Assembly (NCBI GenBank): GCA_030598625.1 | Contig: JAUVPO010000001.1 | Coordinates: 1 to 34,057 of the forward strand | DNA length: 34,057 nucleotides | From: Deferribacteres bacterium | GTDB lineage: Bacteria; Nitrospirota; Thermodesulfovibrionia; UBA6902 | Reading direction: 5' to 3' | In this document: piece by piece, positions 1-8,864 of the stretch | Layout of the letters: every line of letters starts with the position of its first letter | Position numbering within the stretch: the first letter of the stretch is position 1 | Translations under genes and position numbers: made by a program | The notes under the pieces: generated by a model | Told to the model about the DNA's origin: nothing | The model's input: the letters and a program-made list of their open reading frames with translations, nothing else | Database searches by the model: none

Positions 1-1546
1 CCTCCTTTGACGCCCCGAAAGTACTTGCAATATTTTCAGCATTGGATGAGACCTGCTCAACCGCCGCGGATTGCTCCTCTGTCGCAGCGGCAATTGATCG
101 AACCTGATCAAGACATTGTTCCGAAGCGCCTACAATTTTTTCAAGGGCCGCCATTGCCTGTTCTCCAAGTTTCACGCCATCTTCCGCCAACGCCTTATTT
201 CTTTCCATGCTCCCTACCGATACTTCTGTTTCCTGCTGAATCTTCTTGATCATTTCCGTAATCTCTTCAGTCGCCTTGCTTGTTTTTTCTGCGAGCTTTC
301 TAACTTCATCCGCAACTACCGCAAATCCTCTGCCCTGTTCTCCTGCCCTTGCAGCTTCGATAGCGGCATTCAGGGCAAGGAGGTTTGTCTGGCCGGCTAT
401 ATCATTAATCACACTAATAATATCTCCAATTTGTCTGCTGCTTTCCCCTAATTCTCCTATAGTTATTGCAGACCTTGTAACATTTTCAGTTATATTCATC
501 ATGCTTGTAACCGTCTTCTCAACAACCGCCATTCCTTCACCCGCAATATCAACCGACTGTTTCGCGGCATCCGACGCATCTGTAGCATTCCTTGCAACGT
601 CCGTAATTGTCTGGGATATCTCTGTCGTAGCCACAGCACTCTGTTCAATTTTCCCGGCCTGATCATTTATAATACTTTTTATTTTCTCTGTAGTATTTGA
701 TACATCTGTTGAACCATTTGCTATATTCATCGCCATGTCCTTAATTTGCTTCACTATTCCCGTTAAATTGTTTACCATGGTTTTCATGGCATTTTTCAGC
801 TTGCCGAATTCATCTCTCCCGTCCGTTTCAATTTCAACGGTAAATTCACCCTCGGATAACTTCTTTGCCACGCTTATACTTTCATTCAGATGCCCGCTCA
901 CAAGGCGAATAAAGAACGCGCTGCCGGCAATACTCACAAGAGTCACGGCAATGACAAATATCAATATTCCAATCCCGAAATTGTCCGCTGAAGAATTAAT
1001 ATCCTCTGCCTTTATCTTTATAGCATCGACCTGCTCCTCTACGAGAGTCACCAAAACTGTTGTAATATCTTCAGCAGTTGCCTCAAAATCTTTCATTTTT
1101 ATATTACCACTGGCAGCATTGCCGTCAACAAACATCATCGCCATTTCTTTCCCCATCTCATAGTAATCGTCTACCCTTGACCTCAATTCCTGTGCCTTCT
1201 GGACTCCCGCAATATTGTTTTCAGCCTCATACATTTCCCGAAACTTTGATAATCCCGACATAGCTGAATTATAGCTTTTACCGATCTCCTCAAATCCCTT
1301 ATCCATGCCATCAAGTCCGCGAACGGCTGATACATGCGTAAATCTCTGCTGCATGTTTACAATATCCTTTCCTATCCTCTCGGCAAGCATCGCAAATTCA
1401 ACATTTTTTTCGGTAATTTTATCAACCCCGTCAGATAACTTAATGCTTGAAAAACCTGCCCAGACAGCAAAAAAAATCATTGCCAACAAATTGAATGTAT
1501 AACATAATTTAATTTTATCGCTAACTTTCAGATCCCTCCAAAACAT
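1..1546 (-). CDS. Methyl-accepting chemotaxis protein, C-terminus cut by the window edge. Layout is TM, sensor domain of about 170 aa, TM, HAMP, then signalling domain.
   Basis: My own reverse-strand translation starts at the ATG at 1546..1544, preceded by GAAGGAGG: [31 protein letters not shown]... It continues open to position 2. It contains the invariant MCP hairpin motif [40 protein letters not shown]. It is absent from the ORF track because it runs off the left edge. The Ser/Ala/Ile-rich plus-strand ORFs here are its antisense shadows. Confidence 0.9.
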   Translation of the reverse strand, partial: MFWRDLKVSDKIKLCYTFNLLAMIFFAVWAGFSSIKLSDGVDKITEKNVEFAMLAERIGKDIVNMQQRFTHVSAVRGLDGMDKGFEEIGKSYNSAMSGLSKFREMYEAENNIAGVQKAQELRSRVDDYYEMGKEMAMMFVDGNAASGNIKMKDFEATAEDITTVLVTLVEEQVDAIKIKAEDINSSADNFGIGILIFVIAVTLVSIAGSAFFIRLVSGHLNESISVAKKLSEGEFTVEIETDGRDEFGKLKNAMKTMVNNLTGIVKQIKDMAMNIANGSTDVSNTTEKIKSIINDQAGKIEQSAVATTEISQTITDVARNATDASDAAKQSVDIAGEGMAVVEKTVTSMMNITENVTRSAITIGELGESSRQIGDIISVINDIAGQTNLLALNAAIEAARAGEQGRGFAVVADEVRKLAEKTSKATEEITEMIKKIQQETEVSVGSMERNKALAEDGVKLGEQAMAALEKIVGASEQCLDQVRSIAAATEEQSAAVEQVSSNAENIASTFGASKE

Positions 1547-1671
1547 AACAAGCCTCCTTCTATAAAAAACGGGAATCCAGTCAAATGTTACCGGTCCTTC
1601 AAAGAGTCCTTTTTATTCACTAAAATCCGAGAGTTACTAAACTTGCTTTCTATTACTCTTTTCTCTCCAAT

Positions 1672-1698
1672 TTATCGGCATTCCTGTGAAAAACCTTA
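1672..1698 (-). promoter_or_regulatory. Sigma-28 (FliA)-type promoter for the MCP gene
   Basis: The minus strand reads TAAGGTTT (1698..1691), then 11 nt, then GCCGATAA (1679..1672). The enterobacterial FliA consensus is TAAAGTTT-N11-GCCGATAA, so this is 15 of 16 positions with exact spacing. It lies about 125 nt upstream of the MCP start codon. Confidence 0.6.
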
Positions 1699-1785
1699 AT
1701 TAAGCTTTTCTGAAAACCGGTGAAGCATCCGTCAGGCAATAAAAATTGATTTTTCCTTATGGATTATTAAATAATTAAAAAGCCT

Positions 1786-3402
1786 ATGGAAAAATCAAAT
1801 TCCCATGCATTTCTGTCTTCTCTCATTGACAGTCCATCGGATATTATTATTGTTTCAGTAGACAGAGATTTCAACTATACATTTTTCAATTCCGCCCATA
1901 AAAAAGAAATGAAAAAAGTATGGGGAGTGGATATCAAAAGAGGGAGTAATTTATTAGACTATATCCCTTCCGATGAGGAACGTGCAAAAGTGAGAAATAA
2001 TCTCAGACGCGTATTAAACGGCAGACATTTCACAAAGGTAGAATCATACGGTAAGCCGGGAAACAGGTTTTGGTATGAATTGGCCTATAATCCTATTTTC
2101 AATAAAAAAAAGAATGTCACCGGAGTTACGGTATTTATCACTGACATCACCAAGCGTAAACAGGCGGAGGAGTCACTTCGGGAATCAATCACAGAACGTA
2201 TAAAAACAGAAAGGAACTTAAGAGAATCTGAAGTTAAGTTCAAAAGCATTTTTAATAGCTCAAACGATGGTATTCTCATTGTGGATTCTGATAGCAAAAA
2301 AGTTTTTATGTCTAATCCGAAAATTTGCGCTATGCTAGGTTATACCGAAGAAGAATTTAAAAATATGGGGGTTATGGACATCCACCGCAAAAAAGACCTC
2401 CCCAAGATTATAATGAAATTTAATAAAATGGCAAAGGTAGAAAAGGGTCTGTCTGAAAATATTCCGGTGAAAAGGAAAAACGGCAGTATTTTTTATGCCG
2501 ATATAAGTTCCTCTTCTGTGAAGCTGGCCGAAAAAAAATATTTAGTCGGAATTTTTCGTGATATTACTGATCGCAAGGAAACAGAAAACGAATTACTTAA
2601 ACATCATGAGCATCTTGAAACTATTGTAAAAAAACGCACTCGTGAATTATTGGAAGTAAATAAAAATCTTAAAATCGAGGTCAAGGTCCGCAAGATGGCC
2701 GAAAAAAAACTTATTGATTATCAAAAAAAACTTCAATCACTTACTTCCCGTATTTCATTAATTGAAGAAAATGAAAAGAGACGAATCGCGGCAGATCTTC
2801 ACGACTGTATAGGGCAACCCCTTGCGCTTTCAAAAATCAAGCTTGGATTACTGAATAAATTTTCTCAATCTCCGGATCAAAAAAAGATTATCAAGGAAAT
2901 TCTTCAGTTGATAGAGCAGACGATTAAGGAAACAAGGACATTGACTTTTGAGCTCAGCCCGCCTATACTTTATGAATTAGGGCTCAGTCAGGCCATTAAA
3001 TGGCTTATTGATGAATTTCGTGAAAAATACAATCTTGAAATTTCATTAAAAGACGATGGATGCGACAAACCGTTTAATAATAAAATCCGTTTTTTTATTT
3101 TTCAGGCTATAAGAGAACTTCTGGTTAATATCGTAAAACACGCGCAGGCAAAAAAAGCAAGTATAATTATGCTGAGAGCTGATGATGAATTACGAATTAC
3201 TGTTGAAGACAACGGGACCGGATATGCCGGCGCGTCTGTTAAGAATGCAGGGTATGGTCTCTTTAATATTCGTGAACAAATGAATCATATCAATGGACAT
3301 ATGAAAATCAGGTCCTTACCGGGCCATGGCACCCGAGTTACGCTCGTCGCACCTTTTAATCCTGATAAAAAAACTCTTGCGGGGAGCAGTCATGAAAGTT
3401 AA
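1786..3402 (+). CDS. Cytoplasmic sensor histidine kinase: two PAS domains, coiled coil, HisKA_3 dimerisation/phosphoacceptor domain and HATPase_c
   Basis: 538-aa ORF with no predicted TM segment. PAS-like blocks end in (D/R)ITxRK motifs (FITDITKRKQAE and FRDITDRKETE). The H-box RIAADLHDCIGQPL is typical of NarX/DegS-type HisKA_3. N/G boxes are ELLVNIVKHAQA and DNGTGY...GYGLFNIRE. Confidence 0.9.
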   Translation: MEKSNSHAFLSSLIDSPSDIIIVSVDRDFNYTFFNSAHKKEMKKVWGVDIKRGSNLLDYIPSDEERAKVRNNLRRVLNGRHFTKVESYGKPGNRFWYELAYNPIFNKKKNVTGVTVFITDITKRKQAEESLRESITERIKTERNLRESEVKFKSIFNSSNDGILIVDSDSKKVFMSNPKICAMLGYTEEEFKNMGVMDIHRKKDLPKIIMKFNKMAKVEKGLSENIPVKRKNGSIFYADISSSSVKLAEKKYLVGIFRDITDRKETENELLKHHEHLETIVKKRTRELLEVNKNLKIEVKVRKMAEKKLIDYQKKLQSLTSRISLIEENEKRRIAADLHDCIGQPLALSKIKLGLLNKFSQSPDQKKIIKEILQLIEQTIKETRTLTFELSPPILYELGLSQAIKWLIDEFREKYNLEISLKDDGCDKPFNNKIRFFIFQAIRELLVNIVKHAQAKKASIIMLRADDELRITVEDNGTGYAGASVKNAGYGLFNIREQMNHINGHMKIRSLPGHGTRVTLVAPFNPDKKTLAGSSHES

Positions 3403-4042
3403 AATTCTTCTGGTCGATGATCATAAAATCTTGCGTGAGGGCATTTGCTCATTAGTAAAGGATTATCCCGACATGGAAGTGGTCGGCGAAGCCGCTGATG
3501 GAAGGGCAGCATTGCGTCTTACACGCGAACTTTCTCCGGATGTGGTTATTATGGATATCAGCATGCCTGATATGAACGGTATCGATGCCACGCGCCAAAT
3601 TAATGCTGCCTTCCCCAATGTAAAGGTTATAGCCTTATCAATGCATTATGACAAACAATTTGTATCGGAAATATTTAAGGCGGGAGCTTCAGGTTATCTG
3701 CTTAAAGACTGCGCCTTTGATGAACTTGAGTATGCTATAAAGCTCGTCATGGACAATAAAACTTATATAAACCCTGAAATCGCCAACCTTGTGGTTGAAA
3801 GTCTTGTAAATCAACTTACGACTGTCTCAAGTCACAAGGCATTCTCTATGCTCACAGTAAGAGAACGGGAAGTGCTTCAGCTTATTACTGAAGGCAATTC
3901 AACAAAACAAACTGCTTCACATCTTCATGTAAGCACTAAGACAGTTGAGTCACATCGCAGGCAGATAATGGGCAAGTTAAACATACGAAATATAGCTGAG
4001 CTGACTAAATATGCGATCAGGGAAGGACTAATATCTGTTTAA
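3392..4042 (+). CDS. NarL/LuxR-family response regulator (REC plus HTH_LuxR)
   Basis: MKVKILLVDDHKILREG... has the DD acidic pocket, the phospho-acceptor context VVIMDISMPDMNG, and a C-terminal LTVREREVLQLITEGNSTKQTASHLHVSTKTVESHR helix-turn-helix. I chose the ATG at 3392, which follows GGGGAG and overlaps the kinase stop by 11 nt. The track start at 3326 adds an implausible N-terminal extension. Confidence 0.93.
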   Translation: MKVKILLVDDHKILREGICSLVKDYPDMEVVGEAADGRAALRLTRELSPDVVIMDISMPDMNGIDATRQINAAFPNVKVIALSMHYDKQFVSEIFKAGASGYLLKDCAFDELEYAIKLVMDNKTYINPEIANLVVESLVNQLTTVSSHKAFSMLTVREREVLQLITEGNSTKQTASHLHVSTKTVESHRRQIMGKLNIRNIAELTKYAIREGLISV

Positions 4043-4205
4043 TCGCTATTATATTTTTTCGTGGATTGTTGCCTTTCAATAAATTTTTGTTATAATTGTT
4101 CTGTAGATGAATCAGCCTATTTACAAAAAAATATTATTCATGTAAAATTAAGACAAGATAAGGAATTCCCTTAGGGATTATTATTATATTTATGAAATAA
4201 AAAAA

Positions 4206-4307
4206 GATGCTGACCCCTGATTAAAAGGTTATTTCCTACCTACGCTGAGAGCCCAACCTTTTAACTTCAGCCATGTCCCCTAAACGGGTCAGCATCCTTT
4301 TTTTTTT
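4206..4307. terminator. Nested compound hairpin flanked by an A-run and a T10 run. Candidate bidirectional intrinsic terminator or small structured RNA.
   Basis: The outer 11-bp stem pairs GATGCTGACCC (4206..4216) with GGGTCAGCATC (4286..4296). CTGA (4217..4220) pairs with TCAG (4267..4270). The inner 10-bp stem pairs TTAAAAGGTT (4221..4230) with AACCTTTTAA (4255..4264) around a 24-nt loop. T10 follows at 4298..4307 and an A-run precedes at about 4199..4205. Confidence 0.5.
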
Positions 4308-4445
4308 GCCGGTTATGCCATTTTTACCAAAAAAAGAATACGCTAAAGTTCCTGATGCTTTTTGCCGATATGTGAATTTATACGGGTATATTTTAACAAT
4401 AAGTATAAATAGTTATTATATCTGCTCAATAAAAAGGAGATAAAA

Positions 4446-4757
4446 TTGTCTAAGTTGAATTGCTGGGAAATTAAGAAATGTGGCAGAGAGTCAGGCGGCA
4501 GCAAGAGTCGGGAACTCGGAGTTTGTCCGGCAGCTATAGATAATTCATGCAATGGATTGAATAACGGCAAAAACGCCGGCCGTATATGCTGGGCCATTGC
4601 CGGCACCTTCTGCGGTGGAGAAATCCAGGGAGACTTTGCCCAGAAGTCCGTTTCCTGTATGTCATGCGAAGTCTTCAAGCAAATAAAAAATGAAGAGGGA
4701 GCAGATAACTTTACACTGTTAAAACCCGGACAGGTTCATCAAACCACACCAAAATAG
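4446..4757 (+). CDS. Standalone two-CW domain protein, Cys-rich, putative metal/redox-binding sensory module
   Basis: TTG start at 4446, 5 nt after AAGGAGA. The 103-aa product has two CW motifs (NCWEIKKCGRE and RICWAIAGTFCGGEIQGDFAQK) and 8 Cys (C6, C12, C27, C35, C48, C56, C71, C74). From memory, this pattern matches the N-terminal two-CW domain seen on many sensory proteins of sulfate reducers. Confidence 0.75.
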   Translation: MSKLNCWEIKKCGRESGGSKSRELGVCPAAIDNSCNGLNNGKNAGRICWAIAGTFCGGEIQGDFAQKSVSCMSCEVFKQIKNEEGADNFTLLKPGQVHQTTPK

Positions 4758-4857
4758 AGCATAATTAGTAATATAATTGTCCTTCTTGATTTTACCGCGC
4801 CCCATTTACTTCATATTATCAATATGTTAACTCCTAATATTTAAATTATAAGGATAC

Positions 4858-7800
4858 CTAAACCGCTTCAGCCATATGCATGGAGACAACTTTTGAAGCG
4901 CCGGGTTCTTCCATGGTAATTCCGTAAATATAATCGGCTGCTTCCATTGTCCGTCTATTATGTGAAATGGCAATGAATTGAATGTCTTTTGCAAGTTGTT
5001 TTAACAACTTGATAAACCTATCAGTATTTGACTCATCAAGAGGCGCGTCAACCTCATCCAATAGACATAGTGGCGTTGGTTTAATCATGAAGCCCGCAAA
5101 AAGCAGGGAAAGCGCTGTCAACGCCTTCTCACCACCTGAAAGCAGGTTCAGATTCTGAAGCCTTTTACCGGGAGGCTGGGCCACTATCTCAATTCCGGAA
5201 TCTAATACGTTTCCCTCCGTAAGGTGCAGCTCGGCCCTGCCCCTGCCAAAAAGAATAGTAAATACCTCTTTGAATTTTTCATTCAGGGCTTCAAATGCAT
5301 CCATTAATCTCTTTTGCGAAGCGTTGTTTATCTTCCTTATAGTGTCCTCCAGCGCTTCAATTGACTGTAAAAGATCATCACTCTGTTTTGATAAGAAATC
5401 ATATCTTGATTTTAGTTCTTCAAATTCTTCAAGTGTGCCAAGGCTAACCGGTCCTATTGCCTGCAGTTTTTCCTTTAGCTGCGGCAGTCTCTCCTCCTCG
5501 TCCCACTCCACTGCATCAGATATATTTGCCGTCTCAATATCAAGTGAATATGTTTTTCCTATATCATCCTTTAGATAATTAAGCTTCATCGATTTTTCCA
5601 TTTTGCTCATCCCAACATGGCTCAGGTCTCTGCGTATTGATTCAAGCTCGGAGGCAAATGCCTTCTCCTGTTTTTCCATCAGTGCAAGTTCCGCTGTTTT
5701 AGATTCGAGAATCTCGCTCATTTTTGAAGCCTCGGCTTGAGATTCACCAGCTAAAACAACCCTTGATTTGAGAGCGTCTTCTTTATCTTCTATCTCCTGT
5801 TCTTTACGGCCAATGCCTTCTTTAATACTGATGCGTTCATTCAGTATCTCTTCTTTTTTCCTTTCTATCCCGGAAAGAGACGCATCAAGCCTCTCAATCT
5901 CCCTTCTGAACGAAGCCGTCTTTTCTTTATCTGATGTAAGACTGATTTTCACCTCGGTAAGTTCCGAACGTCCCTCTTCAAGAAATTCCCTTTTTTTAAA
6001 AATAGTTTCCTGTAAAGCTTTTATTTTTTCCTCAATTTGCCGTTTTTCACTTTCAAGGGTTTCACAGTTTAATTTCTTTTCTCCCAGGATATTTATTAAA
6101 CTGTCTCCCTCTTTATGGTCATCATTTATTTCCAGTGATATATATTCATGTTTTTTCAGCAATCGCATATTTTCTTCTTCCAGATTTTCCAATTTCACCT
6201 TCAGTTCATGACAATGTCTTTCGTCACTGTATATCTTCTCATCAGCAGAAATAATCTTATCCTCAACAGATGCTATTTCCTCCTTAATGGCCATGACCGA
6301 TTTTTCAGCCTCAATGATTTTTTCTTTTTTTGATGAAATGTCTTTTTCAAGTTCCTTTATCAAACGTTTTATCATCAAGACCCCTTTTTCACTGCCGCAA
6401 AATACCATGCCTGACGGTTCAAGGACCTCTCCTTCGAGTGTTACAAGAGACAGGGATTTCGTGTTTATTTCCCCGGCCGGCAACGTCCCCCACAGAGACA
6501 TGGCTGCGGGTATACTATCAACAAAAAACACATCATTTAAAAGTGACGCCGCCACCTTTTCAAATCCCTCTTTTACAGTAATGAATTTAACAGCTTCGCC
6601 AATAACCCCCTGATGTGCGGTTATACCCTGATTTGCCTCATTTAAATAAAGATTGCTATCCGTATCAACCGTTATAAAACCGCTTCTCTTTGTTTGTTGT
6701 TCCTTTATAAATTGCAAAGCCTTTGTGATTTCGCCCTGGTCTTCAACAATAGCTGCATTCAGTTTTTCTCCAAGCACAGCCTCTAAAGCAGCTTCATATT
6801 CAGGAGGTGATTCAAATATATCCGCCACCTGACACATTATTTTTATTTTTTCATCGGGAGATTGCTTATGACTGCCTTCCTGCTCTTTTAATGATTCCAG
6901 CCTCGAACCCATGCCGGCCAGTTCTTCCCTTTCCCCATAAAGGGCTTTCTCATTAACGGAGAAGTCAAGCTTCTTACCCTTCAATTTATAAATAAAAGTT
7001 TCTTTTATTTTTTTTATTTCTTCAAGCTCCGTTTCACATTTAACCTGCTCGTTTTTTGTCTCTTCCAGCGCTGTGTTCAGGGAATACAGGCTTTCATTTA
7101 AATAACCTATATCACTGGAACCCTTCTCTGTCTTCCTCTTTATATTTTCAATGTTCAAGGAAACGCGACCCATCTCATTTTTTATGCTGCTGATCTCTTC
7201 TGCCTTGCTGAAAATATATTTCCTTTCATTTTCCAAGTCGTGCTCCAGTTCAAATATCTCTTTTTCCGAATCTGAAAAAACCGCTTTCTTTTCCTCCAGT
7301 ATGTTTTCAAGCAACGAGATTTCATGCATCATTTCAGAACCACTATTTTCTATCTCTATACGTAAAGCAGCCGTATTTTCTTTTTCCGTGTTGAGTTCGC
7401 TGTCCTGTCTTGCCAACATGTTATGTCTTTTCCCCTGATTTTCACAGTCACTTTTTAAAAGCGCTATTTGGCCCTCATCCTCTGCAATTTCTTTTTCAAG
7501 GGAATAAAGTTTTGTCCTTACTTCACCAAGCAACTTTTCCTGCTCAATGCACAAACGCTTTTTTTCTTCAATCAACGCATCCATGGAGTGGACGTTAGCC
7601 GAGATTTCCGCCTCTCTTGACTTCAGAGCATCCTCTGATGACTCAAAATCGTTTATTTCATTCTGAAGTAAGATTGAATCTCTTTTTGCTATTCTAATTT
7701 CAATCTCTTTTACTTCCTCGAACAGTTTTTTGTATTTCTCAGCCTTTTTTGCGTGTCTGTCTATAGCGCTTATCTGTCTTTTTACCTCGGTAATTATATC

Positions 7801-8400
7801 CCGAAGTCTCTGGAGATTCGACTTGGAAGCCTCAAGTTTATTCAATGCCTCATTTTTTCTGACCTTATATTTCATCACGCCTGCAATTTCTTCAATCAGA
7901 AACCTGCGCTCCTGTGGTTTTGAATTGATAATATCACCTATTCTTCCCTGTTCCAAAATTGAATACGCCTTTAGTTCAAGTCCGGTATCAAGAAACATGT
8001 TTTTAATGTCCTTAAGCCTGCACGGAACTTTATTCATCATATACGCACTCTCACCGGACCTGTAAAGACGGCGTGTTACAGAGATTTCAGTGGTATCTTT
8101 ATTATCATCGCTCTCCATGTCGTTTGAAGGATTTCCGACAATATCTGAAAGTACCAAGGTCACCTCCGCCATGCCCTTTGTTTTTTTAGCAGCCGAGCCG
8201 GCAAAGATCACATCTTCCATCCTGTCACCCCTGAGACTTTTGGCGCTTTGCTCTCCAAGGACCCATTTAAAGGCGTCAACAATATTGCTCTTGCCACAGC
8301 CGTTTGGACCTACAATTGCGGTTATGCCCGGATGAAGGTTAAAGACGGTTTTTTCAGAAAAGGATTTAAATCCGTTTAATTCTATTCTCTCAACGCGCAT
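4858..8400 (-). CDS. smc: Chromosome segregation protein SMC
   Basis: 1180 aa. It has an N-terminal Walker A (GPNGCGKSNIVDA), long coiled coils, a hinge, and a C-terminal signature LSGGEKALTALSLLFA followed by Walker B PLCLLDEVDAPLD. Confidence 0.97.
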   Translation of the reverse strand: MRVERIELNGFKSFSEKTVFNLHPGITAIVGPNGCGKSNIVDAFKWVLGEQSAKSLRGDRMEDVIFAGSAAKKTKGMAEVTLVLSDIVGNPSNDMESDDNKDTTEISVTRRLYRSGESAYMMNKVPCRLKDIKNMFLDTGLELKAYSILEQGRIGDIINSKPQERRFLIEEIAGVMKYKVRKNEALNKLEASKSNLQRLRDIITEVKRQISAIDRHAKKAEKYKKLFEEVKEIEIRIAKRDSILLQNEINDFESSEDALKSREAEISANVHSMDALIEEKKRLCIEQEKLLGEVRTKLYSLEKEIAEDEGQIALLKSDCENQGKRHNMLARQDSELNTEKENTAALRIEIENSGSEMMHEISLLENILEEKKAVFSDSEKEIFELEHDLENERKYIFSKAEEISSIKNEMGRVSLNIENIKRKTEKGSSDIGYLNESLYSLNTALEETKNEQVKCETELEEIKKIKETFIYKLKGKKLDFSVNEKALYGEREELAGMGSRLESLKEQEGSHKQSPDEKIKIMCQVADIFESPPEYEAALEAVLGEKLNAAIVEDQGEITKALQFIKEQQTKRSGFITVDTDSNLYLNEANQGITAHQGVIGEAVKFITVKEGFEKVAASLLNDVFFVDSIPAAMSLWGTLPAGEINTKSLSLVTLEGEVLEPSGMVFCGSEKGVLMIKRLIKELEKDISSKKEKIIEAEKSVMAIKEEIASVEDKIISADEKIYSDERHCHELKVKLENLEEENMRLLKKHEYISLEINDDHKEGDSLINILGEKKLNCETLESEKRQIEEKIKALQETIFKKREFLEEGRSELTEVKISLTSDKEKTASFRREIERLDASLSGIERKKEEILNERISIKEGIGRKEQEIEDKEDALKSRVVLAGESQAEASKMSEILESKTAELALMEKQEKAFASELESIRRDLSHVGMSKMEKSMKLNYLKDDIGKTYSLDIETANISDAVEWDEEERLPQLKEKLQAIGPVSLGTLEEFEELKSRYDFLSKQSDDLLQSIEALEDTIRKINNASQKRLMDAFEALNEKFKEVFTILFGRGRAELHLTEGNVLDSGIEIVAQPPGKRLQNLNLLSGGEKALTALSLLFAGFMIKPTPLCLLDEVDAPLDESNTDRFIKLLKQLAKDIQFIAISHNRRTMEAADYIYGITMEEPGASKVVSMHMAEAV

Positions 8401-8589
8401 ATTAAAATACTGGATTTAAGGTTTCATATATTAGCAGGTTAAAAAACACAATATATACAGCATTTAATTCTCGATAATATATATTTTTACTATTCTTCTA
8501 TCAAGCGTTTTATTCTCAAAAAAAGACACATATCTGGACACCTTTGAAGATTAACATTTTTTTATTAATCTATGTATAGATTGCTCACT

Positions 8590-8682
8590 CTATCTCTTTC
8601 TCTGGTGTTTTGTTTTCTTCAGAAGCTTTCTGTGCTTGTGTTTACTCATCTTCTTCTTCCGCCACTTTGTAACATTCCCCAT
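8590..8682 (-). CDS. bS22-like (AURKAIP1/COX24-type) small basic ribosomal protein, 30 aa
   Basis: Hand translation of the minus strand gives ATG(8682) MGNVTKWRKKKMSKHKHRKLLKKTKHQRKR TAG(8592..8590). GGAGGTG sits 5 nt upstream of the ATG. It closely resembles actinobacterial bS22 as I recall it ([29 protein letters not shown]...). It is below the ORF-track length cutoff. Confidence 0.75.
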   Translation of the reverse strand: MGNVTKWRKKKMSKHKHRKLLKKTKHQRKR

Positions 8683-8864
8683 CCATTCACCTCCCATCTA
8701 AAGAACTAATTTATTAAAATATATATGCCTGAATAAAGCGTTTTGATTTTATAAAGATATACAAAACAGATGAAAAAAATAATTTATTTGAATTACTTAA
8801 AAAATCTGCTATTGAAATACTTCAAACACTAACGGAATCCTTCCAAGCTTCAGTCCCTTCATGA

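Noticed and set aside
116-1502. Plus-strand ORFs of 61 to 142 aa at the left end
   Set aside because: They are antisense to the MCP gene, whose minus-strand frame is open from 1546 to the window edge and carries the invariant MCP signalling motif.
3326-3391. Upstream extension of the response regulator (MAPELRSSHLLILIKKLLRGAV...)
   Set aside because: The extension lies entirely within the kinase coding sequence. Response regulators start just before the DD pocket, and the ATG at 3392 has an RBS.
4343-4678. 111-aa minus-strand ORF overlapping the two-CW gene
   Set aside because: It has no RBS and no recognisable motif. The plus-strand frame has a strong SD and a conserved Cys/Trp motif pattern.
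5270-8335. A series of plus-strand ORFs (61 to 147 aa) rich in Ser/Phe/Ile/Leu, lying inside the smc locus
   Set aside because: They are antisense shadows of the Glu/Lys/Leu-rich coiled-coil coding sequence of smc. They are low in complexity, have no RBS and resemble no known family.
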